This document shows, one piece after another, positions 7,695-13,636 of a stretch of 13,636 nucleotides of DNA. A model generated the notes under the pieces. That model had not been told where the DNA came from. It made no database searches and saw only the letters and a list, made by a program, of their open reading frames with translations. This DNA comes from Bdellovibrionota bacterium FG-2 (lineage in GTDB: Bacteria; Bdellovibrionota; UBA1018). The number at the start of each line of letters is the position of its first letter. Position 1 is the first letter of the stretch. Location of the stretch: the NCBI GenBank assembly GCA_051382305.1, contig JBBCAV010000287.1:1-13636 (forward strand). Direction: 5' to 3'. The translations under genes were made by a program, and so were the position numbers.

Positions 7695-9271
7695 GCCGCT
7701 TCCCCCGCCCCACGCGCCAGTTTTCGCTTATCAAGCCCATAGCGCTCAACTTTCATGATCAACCCCGCGCGCGAGATCCCCAACTCTTTGGCAAGCCGAC
7801 TCTTGTTCCAATTCGTGCGCCGCAAGCCTTCACGGATCATGGTTTTCTCAAGCTCCTCAAGCGCGTCTTTGAGCTTGCCAGCGACTCTGACGCCCTGGAC
7901 TTTGGATTGCTCGCCAAATTCGCGAATGGTTTGCGAGAGCAGCTCCATGGGGATCCGCTGTTCATCACCTGAGAGCACGATTAAGCGCTCAATTTCGTTT
8001 TCAAGTTGCCGAATGTTTCCAGGCCAAGTAAAATCAAAAATCTTCTCAAGCGTCCGTTTTTGTAACGTCTTGGCCGGCACTTCTTTTTCTTTACAACCCT
8101 TAGCCAAAAACGCATCCACTAAAAGTGGAATATCTTCTTTGCGCTCTCTGAGCGGCGGCACGACAAGATTGATGACGTTAATTCGATAATACAAATCTTC
8201 TCGAAACGTGCCATCTTCGATCATGTCTTTAAGGTTCTTGTTCGTCGCGGCCACGACTCGTACATCGACTTTGCGTTGCTCCGTGCCCCCGACTGGCGTC
8301 AGGGTGCCTTCTTGAATGACACGCAAAAGTTTGACTTGCATCGTAGGAGACATGTCTCCAATTTCGTCCAAGAAAAGCGTTCCACGATCGGCCGCTTCAA
8401 AAAGTCCCTTTTTGTCGCGAATCGCACCCGTAAACGCCCCTTTGACGTGACCAAAGAGTTCACTGTCCAATAGGTTTTCATTGAAAGCCGAGCAGTTGAC
8501 CGTCACAAACTGCGCTCCACGGCGTGGCGAATTAAAGTGAATCGCGCGCGCAATGAGCTCTTTACCGGTGCCGTTCTCCCCTTGCACGAGGACCGTTGAC
8601 TCAGAATTTTTGATCTTGTCCAACATCCCATACACCGCCTGCATGGGCTTGGATTTTCCAATCATCTGATCATAGCTATAGCGGCTACCCAACTGGCTAC
8701 TGAGATCATTGATTTTTTCTTCGCGTTTAGAAATTTCTGCATGGAAGGTTACAATCTCTTGCGACACCAAATCCACCAATTCCTGAAAGTATTTCCGCTC
8801 CGACTCAGTTGAAACTTTGAAACTTGCAATCGCCTCTTCAAAATGAGCAGGGTCAAACCCATGATGCTCCCAGGCTTCTTTAGCTTTCGCTTTGGATTCG
8901 GGGGTCCACGGTTTATCAATATAAGAATAGGCAACAACGGAACCTAAAAAATCCCCGCCAAGCGCCACGCGAGAAACCACACACTGCTCGAAACCCATGG
9001 GCCCTTGAAACACCAGATGCGGTTCGGAGCTTTGAAATAGTTTTTCATTCCACTCAGAAAGCGTCTTAAACCACAGGGCCCGCGCGGATTCTTTACCTAC
9101 CCAAGCGCGTGAAAAATGGTTTTTGTACTCGCGTTTACGATCAATGGGATCCCAGTCTCTCACCTGCCCGCGCTCATCAACAAAGAAAAGATCAGTGTCA
9201 AACCACTGCGCGAGTATCGCTTCGAGTTTCTTAATAACGTGAATGTGTCTGAGTTCTTCCCAGTTAATCAT
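7691..9271 (-). CDS. Sigma-54-dependent transcriptional activator (PocR-like sensor, AAA+, Fis-type HTH)
   Basis: Walker A GENGTGKE, ELFGHVKGAFTGA, Walker B LFLDE, FREDLYYR, WPGNIRQLEN, HTH NKSRLAKELGISR. I moved the start from TTG 9307 to ATG 9271 (526 aa) because AGAGGG precedes it. No receiver-domain signature. Confidence 0.92.
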   Translation of the reverse strand: MINWEELRHIHVIKKLEAILAQWFDTDLFFVDERGQVRDWDPIDRKREYKNHFSRAWVGKESARALWFKTLSEWNEKLFQSSEPHLVFQGPMGFEQCVVSRVALGGDFLGSVVAYSYIDKPWTPESKAKAKEAWEHHGFDPAHFEEAIASFKVSTESERKYFQELVDLVSQEIVTFHAEISKREEKINDLSSQLGSRYSYDQMIGKSKPMQAVYGMLDKIKNSESTVLVQGENGTGKELIARAIHFNSPRRGAQFVTVNCSAFNENLLDSELFGHVKGAFTGAIRDKKGLFEAADRGTLFLDEIGDMSPTMQVKLLRVIQEGTLTPVGGTEQRKVDVRVVAATNKNLKDMIEDGTFREDLYYRINVINLVVPPLRERKEDIPLLVDAFLAKGCKEKEVPAKTLQKRTLEKIFDFTWPGNIRQLENEIERLIVLSGDEQRIPMELLSQTIREFGEQSKVQGVRVAGKLKDALEELEKTMIREGLRRTNWNKSRLAKELGISRAGLIMKVERYGLDKRKLARGAGEAA

Positions 9272-9296
9272 ATTGAAGGCCCTCTTTCTCAATAGC

Positions 9297-9325
9297 CTAT
9301 CGGTCAAACCGCCGTCCGAACTTAA
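9297..9325 (-). promoter_or_regulatory. Possible sigma-28 (FliA)-type promoter of the activator gene
   Basis: Minus strand reads TTAAG, 16 nt, ACCGATAG. The consensus is TAAA-N15-GCCGATAA, so the spacing is about 1 nt long. Confidence 0.3.
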
Positions 9326-9428
9326 GAAAAAAGATCACGCTTTTGACAGTGCTGTATTATTTTTAGTCAGTGCGCGGGGTTAGCTCCCAATTAACGCATT
9401 GCGAATTGTTAAGAAACTAGGCCCCCGC

Positions 9429-9458
9429 TTGCGAAACTGCGCCGCTCGCAGTTATAGT
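9429..9458 (+). promoter_or_regulatory. Probable sigma-70 promoter of the phosphatase gene (near-leaderless)
   Basis: TTGCGA (9429-9434), 18 bp, TATAGT (9453-9458), 8 nt, ATG at 9467. Confidence 0.45.
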
Positions 9459-9466
9459 GGGTAGCT

Positions 9467-10120
9467 ATGCTGTATATTTTTCGCCATGGTCAAACAGATT
9501 GGAACGCCGAAGGTCGCATTCAAGGGCACCTCGACGTGCCCCTGAATGACCATGGCCGCGCGCAGGCCCGCAGCATCGCGCCCCACCTTAAGCGGTTTGG
9601 CATTGAAGCACTCTTGAGTTCGGATTTGAGCCGTGCCCATGAAACGGCTCAAATCATCGCGAACTACATCGGCGGCTCCGCCGGAAGTCTCCCCGTTTTC
9701 ACGGATCAAGGACTGCGCGAAATTCATCTAGGCAAAGTGCAGGGACTCACGCGTGATGAAATCGCCGTTAAATTCGGAGAAGAGTTTTCGCGCAATCTAA
9801 GATCGCTGCCCCTGACCGACGCTGAAGTCGCACTCACGGGATCGGAGACGGGAGAGCAGGTCATTCACCGTGCCTTATCGGCGATTCAGCGATTTTTTGA
9901 AGCGACGAAGGATCAAGGTTTCAAGTCTATTGGAATTGCGACCCACGGAGGCGTGGTACGGAGACTCATTCAAAGAGCGACCCAAAGAACCTCAAATGAC
10001 GGGAGCTTTCCCCCGCCCATTCCCAACGGAATTATCTATCCCCTTCATCTGAGACTTGCGCGCCCCGGCGAAATTCCAGAAATTCAAATGGGGTCTTCCC
10101 TACCATTAAATTCCCACTAG
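9467..10120 (+). CDS. Histidine phosphatase family protein (phosphoglycerate mutase-like)
   Basis: 217 aa. Motifs: RHGQTDWN...IQG..D.PLN..G..QA, SSDLSRA.ETA, LREIHLG, ATHGG. Confidence 0.93.
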   Translation: MLYIFRHGQTDWNAEGRIQGHLDVPLNDHGRAQARSIAPHLKRFGIEALLSSDLSRAHETAQIIANYIGGSAGSLPVFTDQGLREIHLGKVQGLTRDEIAVKFGEEFSRNLRSLPLTDAEVALTGSETGEQVIHRALSAIQRFFEATKDQGFKSIGIATHGGVVRRLIQRATQRTSNDGSFPPPIPNGIIYPLHLRLARPGEIPEIQMGSSLPLNSH

Positions 10121-10122
10121 TC

Positions 10123-10542
10123 TTAATGGTCAAGGAGAACAACCCCAATCGTCTGACAAATCAACTTGAAGTCCTGATCCCGTGACCACAGTTCTGCTTG
10201 AAGAGTTTTGGCGGTCAAGGCAATCAAAACATCATGCGTAAGGATTGCAAGTTCCGTTTTAAGCCGCGTCTTACCGAAACAAGATCGAATTACGTCAGCG
10301 GCATCCAACCATTCTTGATGAGAAGGGGCCGGCGCCAAAACCGTCTGACTGGGAACAAGACGATCTATTTGGCTTTCCCACACCGAGCCAGGGCGAATGC
10401 CTCTTCTGAGTTCATGTAAAGTAACGGGACTCACCAACGGTGCTCGTCCATCTAAGGTTCTTACCAAGATTTCTGGTGACAGAGCCCCCCGCAAGTAACT
10501 AATCAACACACTGGTATCGATGAGGATTCTAGAGGATATCAA
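10123..10542 (-). CDS. vapC: PIN-domain ribonuclease, VapC-type toxin
   Basis: 139 aa. Acidic PIN residues are intact: D9 (ILIDTSVLI), E44 (TLHELRRG), D104 (HDVLIA), D122/D124 (SRDQDF). TTG start with AAGG 8 nt upstream. Confidence 0.9.
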   Translation of the reverse strand: MISSRILIDTSVLISYLRGALSPEILVRTLDGRAPLVSPVTLHELRRGIRPGSVWESQIDRLVPSQTVLAPAPSHQEWLDAADVIRSCFGKTRLKTELAILTHDVLIALTAKTLQAELWSRDQDFKLICQTIGVVLLDH

Positions 10543-10545
10543 AAT

Positions 10546-10782
10546 CTAAACCTTATCTAAATCCAAGTCGCCGGACTGATGTGCGGCGTTGAGCTTACCC
10601 AGCCAAGAATCAAAGTCCTTCCTCGCTAGTTTCTCCTCAACAAGCGTTTCGATGATAGCCTGATTGGAGCAGCCCGGATAAATTTTTCTTAAAATTGAAA
10701 TCCCAGGCTTAGGGAGTCTAGCTGAGATAATTTCAGTGGCGGCGACCGACCTCTTCTTTGTTTTTTTGACAGCGCTTCTCAT
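10546..10782 (-). CDS. Putative antitoxin (ribbon-helix-helix-like), partner of the PIN toxin
   Basis: 78 aa, 3 nt upstream of vapC. Basic N-terminus, strand-like EIISARLP, helices ISILRKIY and SNQAIIETLVEEKL, acidic tail GDLDLDKV. Confidence 0.75.
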   Translation of the reverse strand: MRSAVKKTKKRSVAATEIISARLPKPGISILRKIYPGCSNQAIIETLVEEKLARKDFDSWLGKLNAAHQSGDLDLDKV

Positions 10783-10817
10783 GTATACAGAATACTAAAA
10801 AGTGTCTACAAAGTCAA
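10782..10817 (-). promoter_or_regulatory. Sigma-70 promoter of the antitoxin-vapC operon, predicted leaderless, with two operator palindromes
   Basis: TTGACT (10817-10812), 17 bp, TATTCT (10794-10789), 6 bp, ATG at 10782. TGTATACA (10782-10789) and TGTCTACA (10803-10810) are 21 bp apart. Confidence 0.8.
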
Positions 10818-10846
10818 TCCACCCCTCAAAATTAAGGCTTGCAAAA

Positions 10847-11506
10847 CTAAAACTCGAAACGCAAACCAAAATGACCAGAACGTCCGTCCATTTCCATATC
10901 AGCCCCTGACCCCGAAATATCGCGATACTCAAACACCGCATAGGTTCGCGCGATCCCTATACTCGAATACAAAGAGCGGGCTTCTGAAGGATCAAAGGAG
11001 TTCATGAGAATATAGGCGCCCAAAGTTGGGCCCTTGGCCAAAAAATACCCCGTCTGCCCACTTCTCAAGCGATACTGCATGGATTCGACGTTGTACGAAA
11101 CCACGGGCACAATCCACTGCTCAGATAAAAATCTTGCTTGATAGCGAACGCCCGCTCCCACCGTCCACGCAAACACCAATGATTGAGGCAAATCGCTACT
11201 ACCAGAATTCGAAAAGGTTGAAAAACTTGGCCCCACATCAATTGCGCCAATGCTCGAATTTAAAGCAGGCGCAAATTCGACGTTCATCGAAAAATTAGAA
11301 ATCGATTTACCCGATGACATCCCAGAAACCTTCGGCGCCGCCCCCAAACCGGAGCCCGCGAGTTCGACGCCCCATTGTGTTTCTTGGAGCCCACGTTGAG
11401 ACTGAACACTCACGTTTTCAGAATTTGCATACTGAGCCGCTTGCGCGCTCAGCGTAAACAGAAGCAAGCCTAAAACCATCCCTGGAAATCGTAATTGGAT
11501 CTTCAT
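10847..11506 (-). CDS. Probable outer-membrane beta-barrel protein
   Basis: Signal peptide MKIQLRFPGMVLGLLLFTLSAQA|, alternating strands (WTVGAGVRYQA, TYAVFEYR), and a C-terminal beta-signal HFGLRFEF. ATG 11506 is preferred over GTG 11512 because AGAGGG is 7 nt upstream of it. Confidence 0.8.
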   Translation of the reverse strand: MKIQLRFPGMVLGLLLFTLSAQAAQYANSENVSVQSQRGLQETQWGVELAGSGLGAAPKVSGMSSGKSISNFSMNVEFAPALNSSIGAIDVGPSFSTFSNSGSSDLPQSLVFAWTVGAGVRYQARFLSEQWIVPVVSYNVESMQYRLRSGQTGYFLAKGPTLGAYILMNSFDPSEARSLYSSIGIARTYAVFEYRDISGSGADMEMDGRSGHFGLRFEF

Positions 11507-11535
11507 GATCACACCCTCTTCTCAGAGGTATTAAA

Positions 11536-13636
11536 TCATAAAATCGGGCCAAAGCCTATAAGCCGTAATTCCGGTTTTCCTTGGAGTTCGGATAGCGCCA
11601 AATCCACGTCGAAACTCAATACCCAATCATTCAACTCTTCCGGATCGACCAACACTTGTTCGATGTGCAGGCTTCCGGGAGTAGGCTCAGTTAGGGTCTG
11701 ATGCTTCGGCGCCCGCGCTTGGGTGTCGGTCTTTATACGTGAATGCCCTGAGGAGAGATACTCCTCCATCAGCTTCTCGAGGCGCTCCGTAGTCCACGTG
11801 CAAGGCGCGCCTTGGGTGCTACTATCGATATCGCTTTGAACAAGCATCAAAACAGTCTCATAATCTCGCTGAGATAGCGCGCGCACCACCCGAAAGACTT
11901 CGTTTCGAAGCTGAATTTGAAATTTCTTCCGCCCGGCTTTCTGAAGTTCCAACTCCTGCGCGTTTGATACAGCCCCCTGCAACCGGGGCTTGTCTGGGTT
12001 GCGCATTCTCTCCCATTCTTCAAGAAGGCTGGAGTCCACCGCACGAACCAAAGTACCCAGGTAAACTTCGATAAGCTCAATCTCTTCGTTCTTAGCTAGA
12101 CTCGGAACCGTCTGAACGAGCGTCTTATAGGTGTCAAAAAGATAACGCAACAACAGCCCCTCACCTCGATGAAGATCATACTCCTGAATGTAGTCCGCAA
12201 ACGAGGCATAGAATTCGACCATCTCGCGCGCGATAGATTTAGGCCGAATATTTTCCTGCCCGACCCAAGGGTGCTTTGCCGAAAAGACGTTAAACGTATC
12301 ATAAATGAAATCCCGATTTGGCTTGGGATACTCAAGTTTCTCTAACTCTGCGATGCGCTCATCAAACTCCATACCCTGCGCCTTAAGCTCTTGCATCTTT
12401 TCGGTCTTCACAAGGTCCAGCTGTTTTCGCAAAATCATCTCGGGATTTTCAAGAATCGATTCAACCAAGGTAAGTACATCCAGGGCATAGTTTTCACTTT
12501 GAGGGTCCAAAGTCGCAACTGTATCGATCAAATAAAGCGACAGCGTTTGATTCAACGAGAAGTCTTCTTGCAAATCCACATTCACGCGCAGCGGATTAAG
12601 CTCAATAATTTTGCGATCAACCAGAGAGCGAAACAGCTCAAAAGCTTTTCGACGATGTTGGCGTTTAGCGTGATCGGATTCGTGCGAGTCTGAGATCAGT
12701 TTTCGCATCGCGCGTCCGGCTTCTTTACCCGCTAACCCAAGGCCGCCATATTCGATCGACTTCGTTCGCCCCAGTACTTGCAGCAGCATCGCATGGGTCA
12801 CTCTAAATTGAGAAACAAGCGCCTCGGGCTGCCCTTGAACCAGGCGCTCAAAAGTTTCCTTATTCCAAGGGAGAAAACCCTTCTCGGGTGGCTTGCGTTT
12901 CACCAATTTTTTAAGCTTCTTCGCATCGCCCACGGCCTTTTCTTCCTGCCGCAAATTCTCGATCACATGCTCGGGTGCTTGCACCACGACTGTGCCCCGA
13001 TCATCAAAGCCTTTTCGTCCAGCGCGTCCTGAGATCTGCTTAAAATCTCGCACACTCAAAATCGTGGTCTTTTGCCCGTCAAACTTACAAAGTTTCGTAA
13101 AAAGAACCGTCCGAATAGGGACGTTTACGCCCACCCCGAGGGTATCGGTTCCAAAGATAATCTTGAGCAATCCCTTTTGAGCCAAACGCTCCACGAGCAC
13201 CCGGTATTTGGGCAAAAGTCCTGCGTGATGAACGCCCAAGCCGTGTCGAATAAATTTATGAATCTCTTTTCCATAGGGACTCGAAAACTTGAAGCCCTCA
13301 AGCTCTTGCGCGATCGCGCGTTTCTCTTCTTTGGTGCAAATGTCGACGCTCATAAAATTCTGCGCCTCATCGGCGCAACCTTTTTGCGTAAAACTCACCA
13401 GATAAATCGGCGCACGCCCCCTCGAAATAAGCTTGGCGACTGCTTCGTGGACCGGAATTTCGCTATACTCAAAATCTAGCGGCACGGGCCGCTCAGCCGA
13501 ACTCACGGTAACGGTTTCACAATGATTGAGTTTGGTGAGTGCTTTTTCAAAAAATGTCACATCGCCCAGAGTCGCCGACATCAGTAAAAACCGTACTTGG
13601 GGCAAAGTCAGCAGCGGTATCTGCCAGGCCACCCCC
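11536..13636 (-). CDS. SF2 Ski2/HelY-like DEAD/DEAH-box helicase with a DUF3516-type C-terminus (5' partial)
   Basis: GVAWQIPLL (the segment that normally follows motif II), motif III LLMSAT, HHAGL, motif [10 protein letters not shown], motif [10 protein letters not shown], and C-terminal HPWV....RPKSI.REM and [10 protein letters not shown]. The frame is open at the window edge, and motifs I and II lie outside the window. Confidence 0.9.
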   Translation of the reverse strand, partial: GVAWQIPLLTLPQVRFLLMSATLGDVTFFEKALTKLNHCETVTVSSAERPVPLDFEYSEIPVHEAVAKLISRGRAPIYLVSFTQKGCADEAQNFMSVDICTKEEKRAIAQELEGFKFSSPYGKEIHKFIRHGLGVHHAGLLPKYRVLVERLAQKGLLKIIFGTDTLGVGVNVPIRTVLFTKLCKFDGQKTTILSVRDFKQISGRAGRKGFDDRGTVVVQAPEHVIENLRQEEKAVGDAKKLKKLVKRKPPEKGFLPWNKETFERLVQGQPEALVSQFRVTHAMLLQVLGRTKSIEYGGLGLAGKEAGRAMRKLISDSHESDHAKRQHRRKAFELFRSLVDRKIIELNPLRVNVDLQEDFSLNQTLSLYLIDTVATLDPQSENYALDVLTLVESILENPEMILRKQLDLVKTEKMQELKAQGMEFDERIAELEKLEYPKPNRDFIYDTFNVFSAKHPWVGQENIRPKSIAREMVEFYASFADYIQEYDLHRGEGLLLRYLFDTYKTLVQTVPSLAKNEEIELIEVYLGTLVRAVDSSLLEEWERMRNPDKPRLQGAVSNAQELELQKAGRKKFQIQLRNEVFRVVRALSQRDYETVLMLVQSDIDSSTQGAPCTWTTERLEKLMEEYLSSGHSRIKTDTQARAPKHQTLTEPTPGSLHIEQVLVDPEELNDWVLSFDVDLALSELQGKPELRLIGFGPIL

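Noticed and set aside
9272-9307. TTG start at 9307 for the activator, as given in the ORF track
   Set aside because: ATG 9271 has an SD-like AGAGGG upstream, and the extension overlaps probable promoter sequence.
9419-9433. Sigma-54 -24/-12 promoter AGGCCCCCGCTTGCG
   Set aside because: GG and GC are separated by 9 nt rather than the strict 10. A sigma-70 reading fits better.
9452-9727. 91-aa minus-strand ORF
   Set aside because: It is antisense to the conserved catalytic N-terminus of the histidine phosphatase.
13630-13632. GTG start of the helicase
   Set aside because: The frame continues past the window edge and helicase motifs I and II are missing, so this is an internal Val codon.
1-13636. 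CRISPR array, tRNA/rRNA, IS element, integron attC sites
   Set aside because: I saw no regularly spaced repeats, cloverleaf or rRNA-like sequence, transposase/integrase ORF, or attC-like hairpins in the intergenic spaces.

Overview
Bacterial chromosomal window. The gene set and style suggest a Bdellovibrionota/Oligoflexia-like or other former-deltaproteobacterial genome (inference only). The core backbone has these parts: a minus-strand propionyl-CoA to succinyl-CoA operon (carboxyltransferase, biotin carboxylase, stand-alone biotin carrier, methylmalonyl-CoA mutase substrate-binding subunit); a sigma-54 enhancer-binding protein with a PocR-like sensor; a histidine phosphatase; two probable outer-membrane beta-barrels; and a partial Ski2/HelY-like helicase. 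Three small toxin-antitoxin-type units sit among these genes, each tail-to-tail with the 3' end of a core gene, and no transposase or integrase is present. They are (1) a frameshifted DUF2442-like relic missed by the ORF track (about 271-428), (2) a mobile mystery protein A/B (HTH + Fic) pair (6655-7694), and (3) an RHH-like antitoxin + VapC/PIN pair (10123-10782). Both intact modules have sigma-70 promoters of identical geometry (-35, 17 bp, -10, 6 bp, ATG), which predicts leaderless mRNAs, and both promoters carry TGTA..TACA-type palindromes. Mystery protein A has a FicA-like inhibitory motif near its C-terminus. A candidate structured RNA leader lies at 84-168 on the minus strand, ahead of a probable gene that runs off the left edge. 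All family assignments come from motif recognition by eye, not database searches.
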